Source: a virus
Taxonomy: Duplodnaviria > Heunggongvirae > Uroviricota > Caudoviricetes
Direction: 5' to 3' (one strand)
DNA: 21,560 bases
Virus record (IMG/VR): IMGVR_UViG_2579779084_000006
Under the pieces are notes generated by a model, which was not told the DNA's origin, ran no database searches, and worked only from the letters and a program-made list of their open reading frames with translations. Position numbers and translations under genes: made by a program. This document shows, in pieces, positions 1 through 6,252 of this stretch; position 1 is the first letter of the stretch; every line of letters begins with the position of its first letter.

Positions 1-144
1 GGAGACCTGGTTGCAGATTTTTTTATGGGTTCAGGTTCAACGGTAAAAGCGGCGATGGCACTGGGGCGTCGTGCGATTGGTGTTGAGCTGGAGACCGGAC
101 GTTTTGAACAGACAGTCAGGGAAGTTCAGGATTTAATCGTTTGA
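1..144 (+). CDS. DNA methyltransferase, C-terminal fragment (5' end lies outside the window)
   Basis: Frame-1 ORF open from base 1 to TGA at 142-144. Translation GDLVADFFMGSGSTVKAAMALGRRAIGVELE... carries an F-x-G-S-G-S/T AdoMet-binding motif near the C-terminus, as in beta-class N6-adenine/N4-cytosine DNA methyltransferases. Only 47 aa are visible, so the family call is tentative. Confidence 0.6.
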   Translation, partial: GDLVADFFMGSGSTVKAAMALGRRAIGVELETGRFEQTVREVQDLIV

Positions 145-193
145 AACGGATGAGATTGCAGAATTAATTACGCACCATTATTATTCTGCTCCC

Positions 194-269
194 GGCCCTT
201 TAGCTCAGTGGTGAGAGCGAGCGACTCATAATCGCCAGGTCGCTGGTTCAAATCCAGCAAGGGCCACCA
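194..269 (+). tRNA. tRNA with anticodon CAT, probably Ile2-type (lysidine, reads AUA) rather than elongator Met; CCA encoded
   Basis: Cloverleaf folded by hand: acceptor GGCCCTT/AAGGGCC, D-stem GCTC/GAGC, anticodon loop CTCATAA (anticodon CAT at 227-229), T-stem GCTGG/CCAGC with T-loop TTCAAAT, discriminator A, CCA at 267-269. The sequence closely resembles enterobacterial tRNA-Ile2 as I recall it; the isotype cannot be settled from the anticodon alone. Confidence 0.85.
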
Positions 270-276
270 TCACATA

Positions 277-353
277 CCGCCATTAGCTCATCAGGATAGA
301 GCGCCAGCCTTCGAAACTGGCTGTGTGGGGCTCGGGTCCCCGATGGCAATCCA
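277..353 (+). tRNA. tRNA-like gene, probably tRNA-Arg (anticodon TCG by canonical 7-nt loop), with non-canonical features
   Basis: D-stem GCTC/GAGC, anticodon stem CCAGC/ACTGG (one C-A mismatch), loop CTTCGAA (anticodon TCG at 311-313), T-stem TGGGG/CCCCG, encoded CCA at 351-353. The T-loop CTCGGGT departs from the TTCRANY consensus and acceptor pairs 1:72 and 2:71 are C-A mismatches. An alternative fold with a perfect 5-bp stem GCCAG/CTGGC gives a 9-nt loop. Confidence 0.55.
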
Positions 354-366
354 TTATCTGCATTAT

Positions 367-443
367 GCGTTGTTAGCTCAGCCGGACAGAGCAATTGCCT
401 TCTAAGCAATCGGTCACTGGTTCGAATCCAGTACAACGCGCCA
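367..443 (+). tRNA. tRNA-Arg (anticodon TCT, reads AGA); CCA encoded
   Basis: Acceptor GCGTTGT/ACAACGC, D-stem GCTC/GAGC, anticodon stem ATTGC/GCAAT with loop CTTCTAA (TCT at 401-403), T-stem ACTGG/CCAGT with T-loop TTCGAAT, discriminator G, CCA at 441-443. Confidence 0.85.
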
Positions 444-457
444 CGCTTATTTTTCCA

Positions 458-481
458 GGCTCGCTTCGGCGGGCCTTTTTC
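458..481 (+). terminator. Rho-independent terminator downstream of the tRNA cluster
   Basis: Stem GGCTCGC (458-464) / GCGGGCC (469-475) with one T-G wobble, TTCG tetraloop, followed by TTTTT (476-480). Confidence 0.5.
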
Positions 482-618
482 ATATCCGCGCCACGCCCGG
501 CGCACATCAAAAAACCACAGAGCCTTTCAGGTGTGAGCTTACGGGATGGTCAGTGTGACTTTCTCTGTGGGCTGGTCACCCCCGGGCGCAGGCTCACCCA
601 CTAAAAGGAAAAGTCACG

Positions 619-1044
619 ATGTTTGGTATTTTCAAAAAGAAAACCCGCAAGGCCATTACCGAAGTGAAGAAGATGGAGAACCGTGACGCAGTGGAGGCGA
701 CCGTCTGGGGCGCGTACTCCATTGCATACGCTGACGGCACCTGTGACGCGAAAGAAATCGCGGTATTGGAAAAAACCATTGCAGCACTTCCTGCCTTTGC
801 GCCGTTCTCCGGTGAGATTGCACAAATGAGTGCAAATATCCGCGCCCGTTATGAAGCGTCGCCGCGTTCTGCCAATGCCGAAGCTCTTCGTCAGCTGGCT
901 GATGTTGCCGGTACTGATGATGCAGTTAATGTGCTGTGCCTGTGTCTGGATATCGCTGACCAGGACGGTATCGCTCAGGAAGAAGAAGCGCAACTGAAGA
1001 AAATTGCGCAGGCGCTGCAGTTGCCGCTGGAGCAGTACCTGTGA
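619..1044 (+). CDS. TerB-family (tellurite-resistance TerB-like) protein, 141 aa
   Basis: ATG at 619 with AAGGA about 10 nt upstream. Translation shows the TerB-like pattern of two helical segments with conserved Asp-Gly and acidic residues (AYADGTCDAKEIAVLEK and LDIADQDGIAQEEEAQLKKIAQAL). Recognised from memory of TerB sequences, not from a search. Confidence 0.65.
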   Translation: MFGIFKKKTRKAITEVKKMENRDAVEATVWGAYSIAYADGTCDAKEIAVLEKTIAALPAFAPFSGEIAQMSANIRARYEASPRSANAEALRQLADVAGTDDAVNVLCLCLDIADQDGIAQEEEAQLKKIAQALQLPLEQYL

Positions 1045-1193
1045 AAAGTGCGCGCCTTGTGCTGGCTGTCATCCTGTTGTTTCTGGTAGTGGTGGTTGAT
1101 TTCACCGGACGACTGATATCGGTGCTGGCAGATGGTGTGCTGGTGGCGATGGCGCTGGTCGTGCTCCGGCCTTTACTGCGTAAATCTGAATAA
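1041..1193 (+). CDS. Small hydrophobic protein (50 aa), possible membrane partner of the upstream TerB-like gene
   Basis: GTG at 1041 overlaps the TerB stop (cTGTGAaa), GGAG 11 nt upstream. Translation VKSARLVLAVILLFLVVVVDFTGRLISVLADGVLVAMALVVLRPLLRKSE is almost entirely hydrophobic with a basic C-terminus. Absent from the supplied ORF track (short, GTG start); existence is uncertain. Confidence 0.3.
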   Translation: MKSARLVLAVILLFLVVVVDFTGRLISVLADGVLVAMALVVLRPLLRKSE

Positions 1194-1202
1194 CATCACA
1201 CA

Positions 1203-1240
1203 AAAGGCATCTGCGGATGCCTTTGACGGGGTGTTTTTTT
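1203..1240 (+). terminator. Hairpin plus T7 tract between the cargo genes and the lysis cassette; terminator-like or antitermination target
   Basis: Perfect 9-bp stem AAAGGCATC (1203-1211) / GATGCCTTT (1216-1224) with a 4-nt loop, then 9 nt, then TTTTTTT (1234-1240). A second weak hairpin (about 1243-1258) and a T-rich run follow before the AGGAGG RBS at 1271. Confidence 0.3.
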
Positions 1241-1280
1241 ACGGGTCGCTGGTGGCCCTTTTTTATTTTCAGGAGGAAGT

Positions 1281-1673
1281 ATGTCTGAACCCTTATCCGG
1301 TTCCGGCACGGCTGCTGCGCTGGGTGGCGCGACGGTATTCGGGCTGTTTACCGGAATGGATTTCGGGATTGTGTTTGGCGCGTTCGCCGGGGCGTTATTT
1401 GTGGCAACGATGCCACAGTCACTTTCAGTCTGGCGCGTGGTGGCACATTTTCTGGTGTCGTTTATTGTCGGCGTGCTGGGAGCGCGTGTGCTGTCAGCCT
1501 GGATTGCATCAAAAACAGGGTATGACGGTACATCAGCAGATGCGCTTTGCGCGGTGCTGGTCTCGGTGGTGTCGGTGAAGATTCTCTCGTTCATCCACCA
1601 GCAGGATATTGCATCGCTGGTGTCCGGTGTGTTCTCCCGCCTGCGGGGTGGAGGAGGCGGCAATGTTAAGTAA
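1281..1673 (+). CDS. Putative holin (multi-pass membrane protein, 130 aa)
   Basis: ATG at 1281 preceded by AGGAGG (1271-1276). Translation has three to four hydrophobic segments and a charged Gly-rich C-terminus (RLRGGGGGNVK). Sits directly upstream of the endolysin. Holin role inferred from topology and position only. Confidence 0.5.
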   Translation: MSEPLSGSGTAAALGGATVFGLFTGMDFGIVFGAFAGALFVATMPQSLSVWRVVAHFLVSFIVGVLGARVLSAWIASKTGYDGTSADALCAVLVSVVSVKILSFIHQQDIASLVSGVFSRLRGGGGGNVK

Positions 1674-1938
1674 CCTTCCCGGATTGCTGAATGTGGCGTT
1701 ATGCACGGTTATCGTGCTGACGCTCTTTTTTTATCGTCGCCGTGATTCCAGACATAAACCGCTGGTGTCATGGCTGGCCTGGCTGCTGATGCTGCTGTAT
1801 GCCTTTGCGCCCCTCAGCTATCTGTGTGGTCGCCCGTTAGCAACGGGCTGGCTGGAAGTGTTTTTTAACCTGCTGTTCTGCGTGCTGGTGATACGCGCAC
1901 GCGGGAACGTCACAAAAATCTTTCCATTGTTGAGGTGA
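1663..1938 (+). CDS. Second lysis-cassette membrane protein (91 aa), possible holin or antiholin partner
   Basis: ATG at 1663 preceded by GGAGGAGG (1650-1657); overlaps the end of the upstream gene by 11 nt. Translation MLSNLPGLLNVALCTVIVLTLFFYRRRDSRHKPLVSWLAWLLMLL... has about three TM segments. The track ORF from 1609 is the same frame with an unsupported upstream start. Confidence 0.5.
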   Translation: MLSNLPGLLNVALCTVIVLTLFFYRRRDSRHKPLVSWLAWLLMLLYAFAPLSYLCGRPLATGWLEVFFNLLFCVLVIRARGNVTKIFPLLR

Positions 1939-1940
1939 AT

Positions 1941-2318
1941 ATGCCGGGTAAATTCAGATTCAGCCGTCGCAGTGAAAAAAATCTGGAGGGTGTCAAACCA
2001 CAGCTGGTTGCTGTAGTTCGCCGTGCGCTGGAGCTGACGGAGGTTGATTTCGGTATTACGGAAGGCCTGCGCAGTAAGTATCGCCAGAAACAGCTGGTTG
2101 CGGAAGGGAAAAGCCAGACCATGAACAGCCGCCACCTGACCGGTGATGCGGTGGATGTTGTGGCCTACATCGGCAGCCAGGTGTCATGGGAGTGGCCTCT
2201 GTACGAGAAAATCGCACAGGCATTTAAGCAGGCTGCCGCAGAGCTGGGGATCGCTATCGAATGGGGCGGGGACTGGAAAACGCTGAAAGACGGACCTCAC
2301 TTTCAGCTGAAGCGATAA
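1941..2318 (+). CDS. Endolysin, peptidase M15-type (L-alanyl-D-glutamate peptidase family), 125 aa
   Basis: ATG at 1941 with GAGGTG RBS at 1932-1937 (the track start at 1935 is a GTG two codons upstream). Contains the metal-ligand motifs typical of M15/VanY-like phage endolysins: SRHLTGDAVD (His-x6-Asp) and WKTLKDGPHFQL (His). Confidence 0.8.
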   Translation: MPGKFRFSRRSEKNLEGVKPQLVAVVRRALELTEVDFGITEGLRSKYRQKQLVAEGKSQTMNSRHLTGDAVDVVAYIGSQVSWEWPLYEKIAQAFKQAAAELGIAIEWGGDWKTLKDGPHFQLKR

Positions 2319-2327
2319 GTAAAACAA

Positions 2328-2364
2328 AACCCCGGCTGGGGGAACAGTCCGGGGTTGCATTTTG
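2328..2364 (+). terminator. Terminator-like hairpin after the endolysin
   Basis: 8-bp perfect stem AACCCCGG (2328-2335) / CCGGGGTT (2349-2356) with a 13-nt loop, followed by GCATTTTG. The large loop makes it only moderately convincing. Confidence 0.4.
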
Positions 2365-2436
2365 ATAAATCAGACATGGAGATAATTCATGCAGGTAAAG
2401 GATAACAATAAAACCTTTCTGAGTATAGGGGGCAGT

Positions 2437-2541
2437 ATGACACCTAAAGCAGCAAATATTGCCGGAATTATTCTTGCATTATCGGCAATGATCGGGGCAA
2501 TTGGTTTTGCGGTTGCAGTGATAGCATATGTTTGTAGATAA
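2437..2541 (+). CDS. Tiny single-TM peptide (34 aa)
   Basis: ATG at 2437 with strong SD AGGGGG (2427-2432) at 4-nt spacing. Translation MTPKAANIAGIILALSAMIGAIGFAVAVIAYVCR is one transmembrane helix with a short basic N-terminus. Not in the ORF track because of length. Confidence 0.3.
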   Translation: MTPKAANIAGIILALSAMIGAIGFAVAVIAYVCR

Positions 2542-2679
2542 GACAGAAAATCCGGCGAATCTCTGCCTTATCCGGGCGGTGACTTTTGTCATTAAGTGGA
2601 TGGTGGTTGGCATCGCCGTGTCTCCGATGCTGTATGGGCTGGCAAAATTGATTGTTGCTCTGAAATCGTGAGTGGTGAT

Positions 2680-2862
2680 ATGACGCGAAAACACTGGACA
2701 CACAGAATGCCGCGAACGGCGGTGAAACGGGCACTGGTAGCGATACTGGTGCCTTTTTTATTGGTGGGGTGCGTCAGTCTGGATAAGGCGCGCCAGCTTT
2801 TCGATACCGCGTCTCAGGTCTGTGAAATTGTCGACGGTGTTCGGCAATGTCTGCAGAACTGA
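2680..2862 (+). CDS. Small lipoprotein (start at 2680 or 2707), 52-61 aa precursor
   Basis: In-frame ATGs at 2680 and 2707; from 2707 the product MPRTAVKRALVAILVPFLLVGCVSLDK... is a textbook lipoprotein signal peptide (basic n-region, hydrophobic core, lipobox LLVGC). The mature part is about 30 aa with two more Cys. The track start at 2596 (GTG) is probably an over-extension. Confidence 0.45.
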   Translation: MTRKHWTHRMPRTAVKRALVAILVPFLLVGCVSLDKARQLFDTASQVCEIVDGVRQCLQN

Positions 2863-3033
2863 TCGCCTGTAAGAGCAGAATATTTTGCTGAAAAATGAAG
2901 GATGCGCCAGCGTCCGGTAAGCATGAAATTCTGTGTTTGTGGCTACTCAATAAAATAAATTCTTTCTGTCGCCGCGAATACTCAAATGTTGATCAGTGCC
3001 CGGTGCGGCGACGGGCTTCGATATCAGGAGACG

Positions 3034-3333
3034 ATGATGGAAAAAACAGAAAACAAACCGATTGTAATTGGTGCTGATGCTGCTCCGTTTAAGTTTGAGT
3101 TGTCTCAACTGGTGGAGATGCGTATCAGTGATGAATGGGGTGAGGTTAAAGCCCGCGCGCAGTATACGGATGGCGAAAACCAGTACTTGATCCACTACAA
3201 AGCAGCTGATGGTCGCGCCACGACGGAGTGGTTTGGTGAGTCAATGCTGGAAGCAACAGAAGATGATCGTCATCCGGGTTGTCCGGTATTTGCCGGTATG
3301 AAATTACCGGAAGGCGCAGTTGTTACTGAGTAA
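3034..3333 (+). CDS. Hypothetical acidic protein, 99 aa
   Basis: Tandem ATGs at 3034/3037 preceded by AGGAG (3026-3030). The track start at 2986 lacks an RBS. By my count 19 Asp/Glu versus 10 Lys/Arg. No recognisable motif. Preceded by a 170-bp AT-rich gap. Confidence 0.55.
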   Translation: MMEKTENKPIVIGADAAPFKFELSQLVEMRISDEWGEVKARAQYTDGENQYLIHYKAADGRATTEWFGESMLEATEDDRHPGCPVFAGMKLPEGAVVTE

Positions 3334-3394
3334 CAGGCATTACAGCAGCCCTTCAGTGAGGGGCTGCGATAATGTCGGTATTAAGGAGATTCCA

Positions 3395-3745
3395 ATGCCA
3401 TCACGAATACCCCGCGCCTGTCGTAAGCGTGGATGTGCAGGCACAACAACAGACAGTTCGGGTTACTGCGATAAGCATCGCGGTGAAGGCTGGGTACAGC
3501 ACCAGCGCGGACTGAGCCGCCACCAGCGTGGCTATGGCTCAAAATGGACGGTGATTCGTGCCCGTATTCTGAAGCGCGATAAAGGTCTGTGTCAGTTGTG
3601 TCTGCGTGCCGGTGTGGTGAGCGAGGCGAAAACCGTCGACCACATCATCCCGAAAGCGCATGGCGGAACAGACGCAGACAGCAACCTGCAGAGTCTGTGC
3701 TGGCCCTGCCATAAAGCGAAAACAGCGCGCGAACGAATCAGGTGA
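3395..3745 (+). CDS. HNH endonuclease (packaging-associated), 116 aa
   Basis: ATG at 3395 with AAGGAG (3383-3388) at 6-nt spacing. Translation has an N-terminal Cys cluster (CRKRGCAG...GYCDKH) and the HNH core VDHIIPKAHGGTDADSNLQSLCWPCHKAK. Positioned immediately upstream of the terminase genes, as in HK97-like phages. Confidence 0.85.
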   Translation: MPSRIPRACRKRGCAGTTTDSSGYCDKHRGEGWVQHQRGLSRHQRGYGSKWTVIRARILKRDKGLCQLCLRAGVVSEAKTVDHIIPKAHGGTDADSNLQSLCWPCHKAKTARERIR

Positions 3746-3860
3746 TAATTATTCTCACTTGTAGGGAGGGGCGGGGCAAATCCCTGCAGCCCTGGCTGTC
3801 CGGGACCGCCCGCCTCGTCAAATTTTTACACCCGCGAAATTAAAAATTTCAGGATTTGAC
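3746..3860. other. Intergenic GC-rich region with partial dyad symmetry; candidate cos site
   Basis: Non-coding 115 bp between HNH and the terminase small subunit. GGGAGGGGCGGGG (3764-3776) and CCGCCCGCCTC (3806-3816) form an imperfect inverted repeat flanking about 30 bp. In HK97-like phages cos lies just upstream of the small terminase gene. Positional inference only. Confidence 0.3.
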
Positions 3861-4331
3861 ATGTCAGAAAAATCTGTTGCGCCCGGAAGAGGGAGAAAGC
3901 CGAAGCCGACTACCCGTAAGGAACTGGCAGGCAATCCCGGCAAGCGGGCATTAAATAAGTTTGAACCAAAATTCACGCCGATCACCCATGCTGAGCCTCC
4001 CGAGTGGTTTGATGAAACCGCTCGTCATATGTGGGACACCATTATTCGTGAGCTCTGTGCCCAGCGAGTTCTTTATGTTACTGATTTGCACAACGTCGTT
4101 GCATTCTGCACTGCTTTTCGCAACTGGCATGAGTCGCAGCAGGAGGTTATGCGCGTTGGGATTACGGTAGAGAGTGAGGCGGGGCCAAAGAAAAACCCGG
4201 CACTCACGGCGGCAAATGAGGCCGCCAGACAAATGGTGACATTCGGTAGTTTATTAGGACTCGATCCTGCCAGTCGGCAGCGGCTTATCACGCCGAAGCA
4301 GGGGAGCGATAATCCATTTAAAAACCTATGA
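3861..4331 (+). CDS. Terminase small subunit (P27-family-like), 156 aa
   Basis: ATG at 3861 with AGGA RBS. Basic N-terminus with GRGRKPKPT and LAGNPGKR motifs typical of P27/HK97-type small terminases. Stop overlaps the large-subunit start (ATGA at 4328-4331). Confidence 0.85.
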   Translation: MSEKSVAPGRGRKPKPTTRKELAGNPGKRALNKFEPKFTPITHAEPPEWFDETARHMWDTIIRELCAQRVLYVTDLHNVVAFCTAFRNWHESQQEVMRVGITVESEAGPKKNPALTAANEAARQMVTFGSLLGLDPASRQRLITPKQGSDNPFKNL

Positions 4332-6058
4332 CACGAAAAAATTACGTGAACGTTAATGCCGCAAATCAGTATGCACGTGATGTGGTTCGCGGAAAAATTC
4401 AGGTTTGCCGTTATGTCGTTCTGGCCTGCCAGCGTCACCTTGATGACCTGGAAAATTCAGTTAAAAAAAACTATCCGTTTAAATTTGATAAAGATAAAGC
4501 TGAGCGGGTGGCGAAATTTATCCAGCTTTTGCCACACACCAAAGGGGAGTGGGCATTTAAGCGGATGCCCATTACGCTTGAACCCTGGCAGTTGTTCTGT
4601 ATCTGTGTTGTGTTTGGGTGGGTGAGAAAAAAGAGCGGTCTGCGTCGATTTCGCGAGGCTTACAACGAAATACCCCGTAAAAACGGGAAATCAGCAATGT
4701 CTGCTGGCGTTGGTCTGTATATGTTTGCCTGCGATGATGAATTTGGCGCTGAAGTGTATTCCGGGGCCACAACAGAGAAACAGGCGTGGGAAGTTTTTCG
4801 TCCAGCCAGACTGATGGCGCAACGCACGGAGCCATTGCGTGAAGCATTTGGTATTGAAGTACATGCTCAAAGCATGAGCCGTCCGGAGGACGGTGCCCGT
4901 TTTGAACCGTTGATTGGAGATCCCGGAGACGGCGCGTCGCCGAGTTGCGCTCTCATTGATGAATATCACGAGCATCAGACCGATGCACTTTACCAGACGA
5001 TGCAAACCGGGATGGGGGCGCGTCGTCAGCCGCTGATTTTTGGTATCACCACTGCGGGCTATAACATTGAAGGGCCATGCTACGACAAACGTCGTGAAGT
5101 GATCGAAATGCTTGAAGGGATTGTGCCCAATGATGAACTGTTCGGGATTATTTATACCATTGACGACGGGGATGACTGGACAGATCCGGCGGTATTGCGT
5201 AAAGCGAACCCCAATATGGGGATTTCTGTCTACAGTGATTACCTGTTATCTCAACAGCGCGCGGCAATTAACAACCCACGAAAAGTGGGCGTGTTCAAAA
5301 CGAAACATCTGAATATCTGGGTGGCAGCAAAAGACGCCTTCTTCAATCTTGTGAACTGGCAGAAATGTGAGGACAGGAGTCTGACGCTGGAGCGTTTTGA
5401 GGGGCATACCTGCATTCTGGCGTTTGACCTTGCGCGAAAGCTGGATTTGAACGCAATGGTACGGCTTTTTACCCGAGAGATTGACGGTAAAACGCATTAT
5501 TATTGTGTCGCACCCAAGTTTTTTGTTCCCTACGACACAATCTATAGCGCTGATGTGACAGACAGTCGCACAGCAGAACGTTATCAGAAGTGGGTTGAAG
5601 GGGGATTTATTACCGTTACCGATGGTGCGGAAATTGATTACCGGGAGATCCTTGAGTCTGCGAAAGAAGCAAATCGCTTAAACGCAGTGGAGGAGTCACC
5701 TATAGATCCCCACGGAGCCACAAACCTTTCTCACCACCTTGCTGATGAAAACTTAAACCCTATTACCATCATTCAGAACTACACCAATATGTCGGATCCC
5801 ATGAAGGAACTTGAGGCGGCTATCGAGGCCGGGCGTTTTCATCATGATGGTAATCCTGTGATGACATGGTGTGTCAGCAACGTGATTGGAAAGCACATTC
5901 CCGGCGACGATGATGTTGTTCGTCCGATCAAACAAGGTAACGAAAACAAAATCGATGGTGCTGTGGCGCTGATTATGGCGATTGGTCGTTGCATGCTATT
6001 TGAGAAAGAAGACACGCTGTCTGATCACATTGAGTCCTACGGGATCCGCTCGCTGTAA
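4328..6058 (+). CDS. Terminase large subunit, 576 aa
   Basis: Long ORF translationally coupled to the small subunit. Size and N-terminal region ([31 protein letters not shown]) match the HK97-like TerL family, with acidic nuclease-type motifs in the C-terminal half. Gene order TerS-TerL-portal. Confidence 0.93.
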   Translation: MTRKNYVNVNAANQYARDVVRGKIQVCRYVVLACQRHLDDLENSVKKNYPFKFDKDKAERVAKFIQLLPHTKGEWAFKRMPITLEPWQLFCICVVFGWVRKKSGLRRFREAYNEIPRKNGKSAMSAGVGLYMFACDDEFGAEVYSGATTEKQAWEVFRPARLMAQRTEPLREAFGIEVHAQSMSRPEDGARFEPLIGDPGDGASPSCALIDEYHEHQTDALYQTMQTGMGARRQPLIFGITTAGYNIEGPCYDKRREVIEMLEGIVPNDELFGIIYTIDDGDDWTDPAVLRKANPNMGISVYSDYLLSQQRAAINNPRKVGVFKTKHLNIWVAAKDAFFNLVNWQKCEDRSLTLERFEGHTCILAFDLARKLDLNAMVRLFTREIDGKTHYYCVAPKFFVPYDTIYSADVTDSRTAERYQKWVEGGFITVTDGAEIDYREILESAKEANRLNAVEESPIDPHGATNLSHHLADENLNPITIIQNYTNMSDPMKELEAAIEAGRFHHDGNPVMTWCVSNVIGKHIPGDDDVVRPIKQGNENKIDGAVALIMAIGRCMLFEKEDTLSDHIESYGIRSL

Positions 6059-6069
6059 CTGAGGTAATT

Positions 6070-6252
6070 ATGATCATGCTGATTCTCGCGCCTCTGGTGG
6101 GCGTGCTGGGTGCGATTTTGCTGGCGTATGGTGCCTGGCTGATTTATCCCCCGGCGGGGTTTGTTGTTGCCGGGGCGTTGTGCCTGTTCTGGTCGTGGCT
6201 GGTGGCGCGATATCTCGACCGTACACAGTCGTCTGTCGGCGGAGGTAAATAG
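6070..6252 (+). CDS. Small two-TM membrane protein, 60 aa
   Basis: ATG at 6070 with GAGGT RBS. Translation [49 protein letters not shown]... Its stop overlaps the portal GTG start (TAGTG at 6250-6254). Sits between terminase and portal. Confidence 0.4.
   Translation: MIMLILAPLVGVLGAILLAYGAWLIYPPAGFVVAGALCLFWSWLVARYLDRTQSSVGGGK

Noticed and set aside
601-993. Minus-strand ORF (130 aa) antisense to the TerB-like gene
   Set aside because: Lies entirely within a plus-strand gene with good RBS and recognisable motifs. Translation is Arg/Cys-rich with no domain signal. Typical antisense ORF in GC-rich coding DNA.
1132-1578. Plus-strand 148-aa ORF overlapping the holin in another frame
   Set aside because: No RBS, Trp/Cys/Arg-rich low-complexity translation, and it overlaps two ORFs that have strong SD sequences and membrane-protein character.
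1196-1663. Minus-strand 155-aa Pro/Thr/Ser-rich ORF
   Set aside because: Antisense to the holin gene. Composition looks like a reverse-frame artefact.
2596-2679. GTG-initiated N-terminal extension of the lipoprotein ORF (track start 2596)
   Set aside because: The extension (MDGGWHRRVSDAVWAGKIDCCSEIVSGD) would bury the signal peptide. In-frame ATGs at 2680 and 2707 give a canonical lipoprotein precursor.
2468-2734. Minus-strand ORFs (88 and 74 aa) across the small-ORF region
   Set aside because: No RBS, His/Arg-rich translations, and they conflict with the plus-strand lipoprotein and TM peptide. An antisense small RNA here is not excluded but cannot be seen from sequence.
2895-3077. 60-aa plus-strand ORF in the AT-rich gap before the acidic protein
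   Set aside because: No RBS. Overlaps the well-supported start of the 3034 gene in another frame.
4463-4470. A8 homopolymer in the terminase large subunit gene
   Set aside because: Encodes consecutive Lys codons (VKKNY) in an essential gene with intact frame. More likely ordinary codon content than a phase-variation switch.
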